A stretch of 64,000 bases of DNA from a virus, in the IMG/VR virus record IMGVR_UViG_3300047476_001426, positions 32,001-96,000 of that record. One strand, given 5' to 3'. This document shows positions 54,350-64,000 of this stretch, one piece after another. Positions within the stretch are counted from its first letter, which is position 1. Each line of letters opens with the position of its first letter. The position numbers were made by a program, and so were the translations under genes. Under the pieces are notes generated by a model. That model was given only the letters and a program-made list of their open reading frames with translations, did no database searches and was not told the DNA's origin.

Positions 54350-56404
54350 TTATCTAATACCTCTATCACCACCTGACGGGGTTAAACCATATCTACTTTT
54401 CATTCTATTGGCCCCCGTACCTATACCAAAATTATATTGTTGTAAACAGAATTGTAATTGTTGTCTTTCAGTTTTTGATGCTGTTGCAACACCTTGTTGT
54501 TGGTCTCTCTCATCGATAGTTTTAAATAAAGATTTACAAGACTCACGATTTAAAGTTGTTGTTTTTGTTGCACTAGCCACTTTAGCGGGTTCGGTCTGAG
54601 TTGGTTCAGTTGGTTTGGTTGGTTCAGCTGGTTTTGGTGGGGTTATTGTTGAACCTGTGGTCGTTGTGGTGCCTGTTGTAGGGGTTGGTGTACCACCCTT
54701 ACATTTAGTCATTATACCATTATAAGTAAGTTCGTCGATAACGTCCATACCAAATTTATTTCTCATTACAGATAAGGTCAATGGACCAAAGTTACCTGTT
54801 TGATATTTTGATTCCATACCTAAACATCTTTGTACGTCTTGGATTTTTGGGTTTTTACAACCAAATGTGAATGGGAATTTATCACAATATCTATATTTTT
54901 CAGGTTGTGGTACAGGTGGAACTGGTACAGGTGGAACTGGTACAGGGGGTTTATCACCATCCCATGTAATTGAAATACCTGATAAGTCAGCGGTACCACC
55001 ACCTTGTTCACCACCACCTTTACCTGATTCAATTTTTTTAATCATATCATACATGTCTTGTTTTGCTTCAACTGATGAAGCTTTAAATGTTGCGATATAA
55101 TCTAAAGTAGTTTTTAATGGATAATCCATTAATCCCGACCTATTATAAATTTCTAAAAATTTCTTACCTTGACCATTATTTACGTATTTCTGTAATAAAT
55201 TTTTTGCATTTTGTAAATCATCACCTGATACTGGAAAATCCAAATAATCAATCATTCTATCAACGTCATTTGCTAATTCAGATGGTGCTTCATTCATTTC
55301 CATTTCAGGAATTGGTTGAACCACATTATTTTTACATGTCCATGAACCTCTTTTTGTTTTGAAGTCAAGGGTCCATACTCTACCATTCATAAAGAATCCT
55401 AAACCACCTAAATTGTCATATTCGGGATTACCAGTTTTTTTAACAACTACGACAGGACCTCCACTACCACTTGTAGTTAATTGTCCCATACCTTTATCCA
55501 CTAAGTTTCTCAAACAATCCGCCATTCCGTCTGTTAGATTTGGGTCCACTACGTTTCCACCCTCGTCTTCAACGATAACATCACTACCATCAGAATCGGT
55601 AAAATATGAGTATAACATATAAGCACCACCAGCCAATAATGCCCATTGGATTAATTGTTTAGAAACACGGACTTTTTTAATACCGTTTTCAATAACAATT
55701 TTAGTGGTTTTTTTACCTTGGTCCATAATCTTTTTTAACCATTCATGATATTTTTTACCACCACCCACTATTAATTTTTGACCTTGTTCAATTTTCGCAA
55801 TTTCAGCTGCCGTTTTTTCAGCATCTTTAACTGTAGTGGTTGCCGCTTTACCAGCCTCGGCACCCGTTTTAACGGTTTTACTAGCATCCGCAACACCTTT
55901 ATTTAAAAGATTTGTTATTTCTGCGGTCTTTCTACCTGTGGCTTTAGAGGCTAATTCGGCAAATTCTTTACCGGTAATACCCATTTCCGTATAATATTTA
56001 GAAACCGCTTTAAGGGCTTCAGGATTACCTTTTTGGGCCAATGACAATGCTCTCTCAATATTTTTTGCAAAATTTCCTTTAACAATTGAATTGATAAATT
56101 TAATTCTATTTGAACCCTTTAATGAGGGAATAAATTCTTTCATTGCAACTTTTAATTCTTGTTGAGATGCTTTATTTATTAAAGCGATTGCCTCATCAAC
56201 AGATTTTGCGTTTTTTAAGAATTTTATGTTACGTAGTACACCTAAAGCTTCTTCTCCTGATTTGGTAAAGGCCATTAATAATTCCTTAAAACCTTGTTCT
56301 CTACCTTCTTCTAATGAGGTTTCCTCTTCGATGTTATCTTTTACTTCATAAGACTCAACAAGATTTATGAACTTTCTAATCAGTAATGTGTCTTTGTTTT
56401 CCAT
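54350..56404 (-). CDS. Large probable virion protein with PVP repeat and peptidoglycan-binding-like motif
   Basis: IQDVQRCLG...TGNFGPLT resembles PG_binding_1; PPVPV repeats. Confidence 0.5.
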   Translation of the reverse strand: MENKDTLLIRKFINLVESYEVKDNIEEETSLEEGREQGFKELLMAFTKSGEEALGVLRNIKFLKNAKSVDEAIALINKASQQELKVAMKEFIPSLKGSNRIKFINSIVKGNFAKNIERALSLAQKGNPEALKAVSKYYTEMGITGKEFAELASKATGRKTAEITNLLNKGVADASKTVKTGAEAGKAATTTVKDAEKTAAEIAKIEQGQKLIVGGGKKYHEWLKKIMDQGKKTTKIVIENGIKKVRVSKQLIQWALLAGGAYMLYSYFTDSDGSDVIVEDEGGNVVDPNLTDGMADCLRNLVDKGMGQLTTSGSGGPVVVVKKTGNPEYDNLGGLGFFMNGRVWTLDFKTKRGSWTCKNNVVQPIPEMEMNEAPSELANDVDRMIDYLDFPVSGDDLQNAKNLLQKYVNNGQGKKFLEIYNRSGLMDYPLKTTLDYIATFKASSVEAKQDMYDMIKKIESGKGGGEQGGGTADLSGISITWDGDKPPVPVPPVPVPPVPQPEKYRYCDKFPFTFGCKNPKIQDVQRCLGMESKYQTGNFGPLTLSVMRNKFGMDVIDELTYNGIMTKCKGGTPTPTTGTTTTTGSTITPPKPAEPTKPTEPTQTEPAKVASATKTTTLNRESCKSLFKTIDERDQQQGVATASKTERQQLQFCLQQYNFGIGTGANRMKSRYGLTPSGGDRGIR

Positions 56405-56424
56405 TTTTTAATTTTTCTTATTTT

Positions 56425-57687
56425 TTATTTTGGTTGATTTTCATATTGTTTAATTATTTGGTCAACATCACCGTCTATTCTTGTAGACATTGCTGTACCT
56501 AATTGTTGGACATTTTCTCCTTCTTTTTTTCCCGCGTAGTAGTTACCTAATTTTTCCGCCCCACCGAATAAACCATAAGACCCAACTCCCCACTTAGCAC
56601 CTTTAAATGCCGCCCTTTCGAGCTCTGCAGCTGTTTTACCACCTTTAAATGCGGTTTTTAAAGGATTTACAATATCTGTTTTTACACCCTGTTTAGCGGT
56701 TTTAATGATTCCAGGTCCCTTTGTTGCGGTATTAAAAGTGTTTGTCAATGTTTCAACAATTTTATCTAATTTGCTTTTAGCTGTGTTTACCATTTGATTA
56801 ATTTTAGGTCCACCAAAAGTTTTTGTTAACCATTGAATTGGTTTCATTATCATGTTACCAATGAAACTAACACCTTTAGCCAATAATTGTATTAATTGTT
56901 TAATACCTGGTAGTTTTGCTAATTTTGCAATACTTCTACCCGTTGATTTAATTCCTGCTTTAAGTGCCTTAGCAGCACCACCTGTAGCGAGTAATCCAAG
57001 TAAACAAACGCCGATATCTAAATAACTCCAAATATCGTCTTTAAGTTTTCCTGTAGCTAACTGATATATTTTCCAAATACCAAGAGCACCCCATAAGATT
57101 GCCCCCGCGATTTTACCAACACCGATAGCACTTAACGCTACTTCAATACCGATGGTGACTGGATTTAATAAGAATCCTTCTAGTTGTTCGAAAAACCATG
57201 GTAAACCTTTATTTAAAACCCAACTAGCGGCATCCTTAACACTGTCCCAAACTTTACCCGCAACTGATTTAATTCCATCCCAAGTATCTCCAAGCCAACC
57301 TTCCACCAAATCATTTGGTGTTATTGGTAACATGTCTAACATTTTGGTTTTTACGAAATCCCAAGACTCTATTATTGTTTTATACGTAGATAAACTAAAA
57401 GTTTCTGAAGATTCATAGATTAAATTCATTCCATATCTAACTTCATACTCCGAAACTATACCTTTATCGTGGCTTATTAACGGGTAAATTAATTGTTTCA
57501 TCTTACGAAACAATTCATTATTTTCTATTAATTTGTGTTTGTAACTGTACGCGAATTGACTCTTAAACATTTCACAAATAAATGCCGGATGTGCAGAATC
57601 TAAAGTAAACTTTAGACCCGTTTCTAAATCCACAACCATATTTTCTAGTTGTAGGTATCTTTTATCTTTACTTACATCAAAAACCAT
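56425..57687 (-). CDS. Probable virion protein with glycine-rich hydrophobic hairpin
   Basis: 420 aa; EGWLGD cleavage-like site then two Gly/Ala-rich hydrophobic helices. Confidence 0.5.
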   Translation of the reverse strand: MVFDVSKDKRYLQLENMVVDLETGLKFTLDSAHPAFICEMFKSQFAYSYKHKLIENNELFRKMKQLIYPLISHDKGIVSEYEVRYGMNLIYESSETFSLSTYKTIIESWDFVKTKMLDMLPITPNDLVEGWLGDTWDGIKSVAGKVWDSVKDAASWVLNKGLPWFFEQLEGFLLNPVTIGIEVALSAIGVGKIAGAILWGALGIWKIYQLATGKLKDDIWSYLDIGVCLLGLLATGGAAKALKAGIKSTGRSIAKLAKLPGIKQLIQLLAKGVSFIGNMIMKPIQWLTKTFGGPKINQMVNTAKSKLDKIVETLTNTFNTATKGPGIIKTAKQGVKTDIVNPLKTAFKGGKTAAELERAAFKGAKWGVGSYGLFGGAEKLGNYYAGKKEGENVQQLGTAMSTRIDGDVDQIIKQYENQPK

Positions 57688-57728
57688 TTATTTTGAACTT
57701 TATAATATAAATATCACAGATATTTGAT

Positions 57729-57983
57729 TTATTTAAGTGGATTACCTTTACTTCTTTTCAAAAGTGAACCAACAACATCTGACCATTTGGTCACACCAAC
57801 TTGATTACCTGGCCCTCTTGTCACACCACTTTCCCATTTACCCACTTCAGGATATCCTTGTTTACTACCTGAACTACCAACACCACTTGTTGGTTGTGCT
57901 GCAGATGGGTCGTCACCTTGTTCATCCAATTGATTATCCCCAAATATTAATTTGTATTGTTTTTCAGAAATTATGATTTTCAT
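57729..57983 (-). CDS. Small hypothetical protein (MKIIISEKQYKLI N-terminus)
   Basis: Likely ATG at 57983, immediately after the upstream stop. Confidence 0.6.
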   Translation of the reverse strand: MKIIISEKQYKLIFGDNQLDEQGDDPSAAQPTSGVGSSGSKQGYPEVGKWESGVTRGPGNQVGVTKWSDVVGSLLKRSKGNPLK

Positions 57984-57984
57984 T

Positions 57985-58353
57985 TTATTCGTCGTATATG
58001 GTGTTGTCCTTTTTTGAGAACATTTTAATGAATTGTCCAGCTTTAGAGTTTGCTTCATCTTCAATTTCACCTCCAATATCGGGTGGTTGTACTTTCAATC
58101 TACCCTGTTCATATTGTTTATGGTGTACCATTTCGTGTGCTATACTTCTTAAAATATCCACAAGGGCTCTGTTTTTAACGTTGATACGAACCACTTGAGG
58201 TTCTTTAGAGTGATTATAACTTGCGGTAGTTTTTAATTTACCTCTTCCATTTTGTAGGACGATAACGGGACATTTTTCTAAGTCAAGTTCTTCTTTAACG
58301 AATTTGACAAAGTCCGAAATTTTTTCTTTTTTATTATCACCTAAAAAATCCAT
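57985..58353 (-). CDS. HExxH zincin-like protein
   Basis: LRSIAHEMVHHKQY. Confidence 0.65.
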   Translation of the reverse strand: MDFLGDNKKEKISDFVKFVKEELDLEKCPVIVLQNGRGKLKTTASYNHSKEPQVVRINVKNRALVDILRSIAHEMVHHKQYEQGRLKVQPPDIGGEIEDEANSKAGQFIKMFSKKDNTIYDE

Positions 58354-58431
58354 ACTTATAAATATTCTCTTCTCTTTAATTTATCCTATACTATATATAC
58401 AAATAACTTATTAATTGATATAATTACTGGT

Positions 58432-58761
58432 ATGATGGATTGGTATACTATAGAATATTTGTACCCGAGAGCACTGGATGTCTTCGCAAAAATGATGTTC
58501 CCAAATGTGGGTTTACCGTGTTTATCCATATTGCATTACTATGATATTAAAAAATTATACAAATTTTTTGATAAAAACGGTATCTATTTGACTGTTGAAA
58601 TGATGACTAAAAACAACTGGGTTTACAGTGTTTCATTAAATGAGGGTAAAATATTTTACCCGTGCCAAGATTCCCAAACAAATAGAGAATCAATAGAAGA
58701 ACAAGGATTTATGGAGTGTTTTAGGTTGTTAGAAATGAAACTAAAACCTGATGAGGATTAA
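58432..58761 (+). CDS. Hypothetical protein
   Basis: 109-aa ORF. Confidence 0.55.
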   Translation: MMDWYTIEYLYPRALDVFAKMMFPNVGLPCLSILHYYDIKKLYKFFDKNGIYLTVEMMTKNNWVYSVSLNEGKIFYPCQDSQTNRESIEEQGFMECFRLLEMKLKPDED

Positions 58762-58982
58762 ATTTTATTTTTAACTTTTCGTGAAAATAAAATATAGGAT
58801 AACCAAAAACATCCTGAAATGCAGTAAAAAATTATATCTGCAACCCAATACGAACCAGTGACCTCCATCAATAACTTGAATAAAGCGTCGTACCCGAATG
58901 GGAGAAAAAACATCGCTAGCATTAGTGATGTATCTCGATAAAGGGTCAATCTCGTCTCCTTGTGTCTCAGTTTTCGTATCAC
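58758..58982 (-). CDS. Small membrane protein
   Basis: Two hydrophobic segments. Confidence 0.4.
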   Translation of the reverse strand: MIRKLRHKETRLTLYRDTSLMLAMFFLPFGYDALFKLLMEVTGSYWVADIIFYCISGCFWLSYILFSRKVKNKI

Positions 58983-59048
58983 TATCGGGGTCCATAAGGG
59001 TGTATTAAAATACTTATGACTTAAAGTCTGTTTTTATTAAATATTAGA

Positions 59049-59969
59049 TTACTCTAACATTTTTTTAATTCCGTCCCTCAAAATTACAAAATTATTGTAA
59101 TTTGTACAGTTTTTTAATTCAGTTAAATCGGGTTTTCTCCACTTTGTATCGTTTTTCCACGCCTCCTTATATGAAACATTAAATTCAACACCCATGATTT
59201 CATGAATAATTTTGGATAGTTCTCCAATTGTTATTTCTTCATCAAAACCGATATTTAAAATTTTATTGTTGGTGTTTTCAATTAATTGTGTCATGATTTC
59301 AGCGTGGTCACTTACATAACAAAAAGAACGAGTTTGTTTACCATCCCCAAACAAATAAAAAGGTTCACCTGATTTAATTCTTTCGATAAATTCGGGTATT
59401 ACTTGACCATAACCATTTGTTGCCATTCTTGGGCCATATGTGTTAAATGGACGGACAATTAAATAATCTTTATCGTTTTCCTTAGCCCATAATCTAACCA
59501 AATATTCGCCTATGGCTTTAGATGATGCGTAAGAATCTCTATCGGCCATAGAATCTAAAATAATATATTCACTCTCTTTAGTTGGTACCTTGGGTTCTGG
59601 TCCATATACTTCTGAAGATGATGCATATACCACTTTTTTAACAGAACTACCACAAGAACTTAGTATATTCTGAGTTAAAACGATATTGTCATTACAAACT
59701 TTATATGGAATATCGTAAAAATATTTTGTACCATTTATTGCGGCATAATGAACAACAATCTCGGGATACTCAATATCCATAATAATTTTTGTCTGACTTA
59801 AATTCCTTAAATCTAATTCATAAAATCTAAAATTTTCGTGGATTGGTATATTAGACTTCTTACCTCTAAAAAAATTATCGACACCAACAACTTGATGTCC
59901 ATTGGAAAGAAGTGAATCACATAAATGAGAACCTAAAAAACCTGCAGCCCCTGTTACTAATATTTTCAC
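59049..59969 (-). CDS. NAD-dependent nucleotide-sugar epimerase/decarboxylase (extended SDR)
   Basis: GAAGFLG, ASSSEVYG, YASSK, RPFNTYGP, GKQTRSFCYV. Confidence 0.9.
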   Translation of the reverse strand: MKILVTGAAGFLGSHLCDSLLSNGHQVVGVDNFFRGKKSNIPIHENFRFYELDLRNLSQTKIIMDIEYPEIVVHYAAINGTKYFYDIPYKVCNDNIVLTQNILSSCGSSVKKVVYASSSEVYGPEPKVPTKESEYIILDSMADRDSYASSKAIGEYLVRLWAKENDKDYLIVRPFNTYGPRMATNGYGQVIPEFIERIKSGEPFYLFGDGKQTRSFCYVSDHAEIMTQLIENTNNKILNIGFDEEITIGELSKIIHEIMGVEFNVSYKEAWKNDTKWRKPDLTELKNCTNYNNFVILRDGIKKMLE

Positions 59970-59970
59970 T

Positions 59971-60768
59971 TTACTTTCTCATCCCTTTTGGGACTTTTTT
60001 TATGAATTTATCATTTTCTTTATCTATGAATTTGAAAATTTCTACATCGATATTGTACTTATCACACAAAACCTTCATTGCCTTTGTGTCTTTAGGTAAA
60101 CATACACCAGCATATCCACCAAATTCGTCATTAACATTCAAATAATGACTTTCTCCAACACCATGAAATAAAAACGCATCTTTTATTGCTCCGTAATTTG
60201 CACCAAAGTGTTGACACACTCGGTGAAATGAATTTGCAAATGTTATTTTAGTTGCTTTATAGGTGTTTGAGAAATATTTCATTAACTCGGCTTCAACAGT
60301 TTTCATTTTGACTCTATGTACAGGAAGAGTACCATGACTTTCAACTATTAAATCATAATCCGAGTCATTATCTACACCAACAACAAGAATATTATTGTTA
60401 AAAACAAAATCATTGAATGCACAACGTTCTTTCAAAAACTCAGGTACAAATGCAAACCTCAAATTTGAATATTGTAGTTTTAGTTTATCCGTGGTTCCCG
60501 GTTCTACCGTGCTTTTAATTGCAATTAATCCTGTGTAGTTTAAATCATTCAATTGACCAACAACACTATTCACTGCTGTCAAATCACATTCCTCATTTAA
60601 ACCGATTAATGTGCTCACTGTTAAATAAGTGATTTCACAACCTAAAACATCTTCTATTTTTGTCTCAGGCATTTTTATATCATATGCAGATACTTCATGT
60701 CCTATGTATTCAAAACCATCTTTGATGGCTTGACCTACAACACCGATACCTATGACTCCAATTTTCAT
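59971..60768 (-). CDS. UDP-glucose/GDP-mannose dehydrogenase family protein (short form)
   Basis: GIGVVG, KSTVEPGT, PEFLKE, AELMKY, GYAGVCLPKD. Confidence 0.88.
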   Translation of the reverse strand: MKIGVIGIGVVGQAIKDGFEYIGHEVSAYDIKMPETKIEDVLGCEITYLTVSTLIGLNEECDLTAVNSVVGQLNDLNYTGLIAIKSTVEPGTTDKLKLQYSNLRFAFVPEFLKERCAFNDFVFNNNILVVGVDNDSDYDLIVESHGTLPVHRVKMKTVEAELMKYFSNTYKATKITFANSFHRVCQHFGANYGAIKDAFLFHGVGESHYLNVNDEFGGYAGVCLPKDTKAMKVLCDKYNIDVEIFKFIDKENDKFIKKVPKGMRK

Positions 60769-60772
60769 AAAA

Positions 60773-62464
60773 TTAATTTTCTCTTCTTTCGTTGGGTTGA
60801 TAGTGTTTAATTCTATCGTGCCAAATCGGAGATGCTAATAACACCGCCGGTTTTAGTTTATTTTCTTTTGTTAATTGATACATATACGACATCCAAGTTT
60901 GTTCATACGGATGTGCCCATGTGGTTTCAATAAACATTTTATAATTACCTTCTTTGCTAACAATCATTGGCCAGTTTGCGTAATAGATTTCACCATCTAT
61001 ATACGATAAACCATCCATACTTCTAATATTCTTAAACTCTGTTAATGGTACATTAGGGTCCAAACCTGTTACGGGTAATTTGTCATAATGTGGCCAATCT
61101 CTTGTTCTAATATGTTGAGGTACGTTGTACCAAGAACATTGTTTATCATTATCAAAATACACCTCAGTGAAGGATAATTTTAAGAAATCAAATTGTTCCT
61201 TCAACATTATTCTGTGAACCAAATTATATAGATTTGGGATGTATTTTCTAAAACCATTTCTACAGAATTGACCTTCAATTTCAGGAGGATTAACCGTCAT
61301 ATCATCTTCAAAGAAGAACATAAAATCGGCATCAGAATTATGAAAATGTTCTGCGGCTGCTTGTCTACCACCACAAATTCCGGTGTTACCACCTAAACTA
61401 ATGTACTCAAATTTATAATGCTCCGCAATCTCTCTATTATTGTCTCGAGCTTCTTCGGTTGTTGAATTATCAAGTAAAACCAAATGAGGTCTATTCAACC
61501 AATCAGGTGTCTTTTCCATTGACGCAATGGTGTGTAGAACCTGTTCAGCGAAATTAAATGTTAAGACATATAGGTTTGTTTTAACCTTTTCAACATCCCT
61601 ATCTGTGTACTTAATAAATTTTTGGGATTCAGTTATTTTAGGTGCAACAATATCTACTTTTTCATCAATAACCGCTTGAGTGAATTTAACAATCAAACCA
61701 TTACCATCCAACTCAAACCTTTTATACAAATGAGGTTCATTATATGACATCAAAGTGAAGATACTTTCCTCTGTACCCATGTAACCAGTATTCAATGTAT
61801 TAGTCAACATTGAATAATATGTTGCATTTGCTTCGTGTATTTGTTGTTTGTGTCCACCGAATAAACCACCTCGACAAACGTATTCTACGTTCGCACGTGC
61901 AATCTTATTCATCTCACTAAAAGTAAATCCGTGGATTTCAGTTTCGGCTTGATATGGGTAACTTAAAAACAAGAAAGGATTACCATATTGTGGTAACTTA
62001 TCTAAAATGTTATTTTCAGTTATATGGGTATGTGGAACAGTATTTGTTATTCCCGCATCCAACCAAAAGAAATACTCAGTGTCAAACGGATTCCAAATGG
62101 ATGCGTCGTTTAACATGAACATTTTTGATTGTACAATTGGATTATAATACTCCAATACCGCTTGGGGTGAACCCGATAACCAACCAGCTTGATTTAACCA
62201 ATCAGGGTTTGTTCTAATTTGTTGTGTTTTATCCCAAAAAGGACTATATAAATTCTTAACGTCCTCAAGTTCTGTTATCCTAACATAGGTGTTTTCTCTT
62301 GTCCTTTTTTCCCAAACCAAATATTCATATTCCGCGGGAATGTAAATAAATAAGTTTTGAGGAATATCCAAGAACATTTTAAAGTGTTCTATATAGTGAG
62401 AGAAATCCCTACCGGGTCTACCTATATTCCACAATCCTGTTACTATGGTTAAATTATTGTTCAT
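60773..62464 (-). CDS. HtrL/YibB-like glycosyltransferase fused to a GT2-like domain
   Basis: TIVTGLWNIGR...FFWLDAG..GGLFGG (HtrL-like); C-terminal LLDNS..FFFEDD. Confidence 0.65.
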   Translation of the reverse strand: MNNNLTIVTGLWNIGRPGRDFSHYIEHFKMFLDIPQNLFIYIPAEYEYLVWEKRTRENTYVRITELEDVKNLYSPFWDKTQQIRTNPDWLNQAGWLSGSPQAVLEYYNPIVQSKMFMLNDASIWNPFDTEYFFWLDAGITNTVPHTHITENNILDKLPQYGNPFLFLSYPYQAETEIHGFTFSEMNKIARANVEYVCRGGLFGGHKQQIHEANATYYSMLTNTLNTGYMGTEESIFTLMSYNEPHLYKRFELDGNGLIVKFTQAVIDEKVDIVAPKITESQKFIKYTDRDVEKVKTNLYVLTFNFAEQVLHTIASMEKTPDWLNRPHLVLLDNSTTEEARDNNREIAEHYKFEYISLGGNTGICGGRQAAAEHFHNSDADFMFFFEDDMTVNPPEIEGQFCRNGFRKYIPNLYNLVHRIMLKEQFDFLKLSFTEVYFDNDKQCSWYNVPQHIRTRDWPHYDKLPVTGLDPNVPLTEFKNIRSMDGLSYIDGEIYYANWPMIVSKEGNYKMFIETTWAHPYEQTWMSYMYQLTKENKLKPAVLLASPIWHDRIKHYQPNERREN

Positions 62465-63239
62465 CTTTATTTTTTAATTTCTCATATACTTTGTTTATAC
62501 CTCTTTCTAAACCAACATATTCAATACCCAAATCAACAAACTGACCTTTATATGGTGTCGAATTTTCACCATCAATCACAATGGGTAATGAATAACTACT
62601 TAGATTATTTATCATCTCAGCAATCTCAATTGTTTTATATGTTTTATCATATGTGCATTCATATGTCTTTGGTAATTTATTACTATCACTAAAAATATAA
62701 TGTTTTACTAACGTTGTAAAGTCTTCCGAATAAAAAAAATCCATTTCTTTATTATCGAAAACTTTTAAAGGTTCTTTTTTGATGTATCTCAGAATGTTTG
62801 ATTTTATAAATCGAGTCTCCATTTCGTTTTCATCAAATACCGCAAATATTCTAATGTCAAAGAAATTTTCTTTTTCTTTTATAGAATTATGAATAACTTT
62901 TTTACTTAAACCATATGGTGAATCAGATTTATATATTTCCGCACCTGAACCAAAATGAATAAATCGACCATACTTATTTTGACAATTTAATAAATTATAA
63001 TACATTTTTAAATTGTCGTCCATCACCGTAAAATCATCCATTTTTAATCTACTACCACCCACAACAGCACAATGAATAACAACATCAAAATATCTATTTG
63101 AGAAAAATTTTAACGTTTCAAACGAATCAGTTAAATCAAAATCCTTTCTTGAAATTTTGGTGATTTCCAAAGAATTTTTAAAATTTTCAAAAATAATTTT
63201 TGAAATATATCCTTCTCCACCTGTTAATAAAATTTTCAT
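62454..63239 (-). CDS. NAD-dependent epimerase/dehydratase
   Basis: LLTGGEGYIS, HFGSGAE, YGLSK. Confidence 0.8.
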   Translation of the reverse strand: MKILLTGGEGYISKIIFENFKNSLEITKISRKDFDLTDSFETLKFFSNRYFDVVIHCAVVGGSRLKMDDFTVMDDNLKMYYNLLNCQNKYGRFIHFGSGAEIYKSDSPYGLSKKVIHNSIKEKENFFDIRIFAVFDENEMETRFIKSNILRYIKKEPLKVFDNKEMDFFYSEDFTTLVKHYIFSDSNKLPKTYECTYDKTYKTIEIAEMINNLSSYSLPIVIDGENSTPYKGQFVDLGIEYVGLERGINKVYEKLKNKDEQ

Positions 63240-64000
63240 TCCATTATTTGTTTCATTTGTTCTTCTGACAAATACGGATACATATTTTCTAAAGAATTGG
63301 ATATTATTTTTCCGTCTTCAGTTTTGGAACTTTGGACTCTTGGTATCAATAATTGATTCTCATTCATCATAATTTCACAAATAATTGGTCCGTCGTAATT
63401 CAAAACTTTATCAATACTATTTGAAAGTTCTATTTCATCCTTAAACCGAATAGATTTAATACCATACGCATCTGAAACTTTTAAAAAATCTGGTGAACTA
63501 ACTCCTGATTCCTTATTTGACCCAACATAATTACCATTAAACAAATTTTCTTGCATTAATGAGATGGCTAAATACCCATTATTATTTAAAATGAATATTT
63601 TGATTGGAATTTTATAATGGACAATTGTTTGTAGTTCTTGAATGTTCATTTGAAATCCACCATCACCCGCAATTAAAATCACATTTTTTGTTTTATCACC
63701 GTAATAAGCACCGATTGAGCCAGGTAATCCAAAACCCATAGAACAACACGCACTTGATGTGAATAATCTATTTTTACCATTCGTTTTTAATGATTGCATC
63801 GTACAAGTGTAACTCGTACCCATATCGGTCACTACGACATCATTATCTTTTAATTTTTTGGATAATATTTCCATAAAAGTAAAAGAATTAATTTTATCTT
63901 TAATTTTTACGTGAGGTTCTTTAAAAACTGGATAATCCCTTTTCCAATCCAGTGTTTTTTTAATCCATGAATCAAATTTTGGAATTTCTTTATATGATAA
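63236..64000 (-). CDS. Thiamine-pyrophosphate enzyme (acetolactate-synthase-like), 5'-truncated by the window edge
   Basis: SMGFGLPGSIGA, GDGGFQMNIQEL, LNNNGY TPP-binding motif; frame stays open to 64000. Confidence 0.85.
   Translation of the reverse strand, partial: LSYKEIPKFDSWIKKTLDWKRDYPVFKEPHVKIKDKINSFTFMEILSKKLKDNDVVVTDMGTSYTCTMQSLKTNGKNRLFTSSACCSMGFGLPGSIGAYYGDKTKNVILIAGDGGFQMNIQELQTIVHYKIPIKIFILNNNGYLAISLMQENLFNGNYVGSNKESGVSSPDFLKVSDAYGIKSIRFKDEIELSNSIDKVLNYDGPIICEIMMNENQLLIPRVQSSKTEDGKIISNSLENMYPYLSEEQMKQIME

Noticed and set aside
54905-54950. 15-bp tandem repeat as a regulatory or phase-variable element
   Set aside because: In-frame Pro/Val linker coding repeat; ordinary.
1-64000. 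Genome-wide TAG reassignment (code 15), suggested by the suppressor tRNA
   Set aside because: All long genes are uninterrupted in code 11, and TAG ends rpsU and ORF 42759-43310; only two N-terminal ambers were found.

Overview
This window is part of a large, AT-rich, T4-like (gp17/20/21/22/23) lytic phage genome. The host is almost certainly Bacteroidota: there are repeated TAnnTTTG promoters, a T9SS C-terminal sorting domain, and a bS21 gene inside the head module. Layout: glycosyltransferases, a gp55-like sigma factor and structural genes (1-23 kb); ClpC-like ATPase and an RNA-repair cassette (23-29 kb); a secreted cohesin/dockerin/lectin/CsgG/T9SS-cargo cluster (29-37 kb); a 14-kb translation-support island (37.5-51.2 kb); probable virion proteins and a nucleotide-sugar cluster (51-64 kb). 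The island holds 27 tRNAs covering all 20 amino acids plus an amber suppressor, tmRNA, several tRNA-like chimeras and unexplained structured RNAs. Best candidates for undescribed biology: (1) two leader-peptide attenuators whose codons match the tRNA set each one precedes, suggesting tRNA-depletion-inducible tRNA operons; (2) two adjacent genes, one a Pth2-like peptidyl-tRNA hydrolase, each with an N-terminal in-frame TAG-ATT-AAC, next to a CUA suppressor tRNA; (3) an array of Y-RNA-like RNAs sharing one motif, one copy grafted into a tRNA-Asn body, directly downstream of a large helical-TerD protein gene. All calls come from reading the sequence by eye; no searches or folding programs were run.
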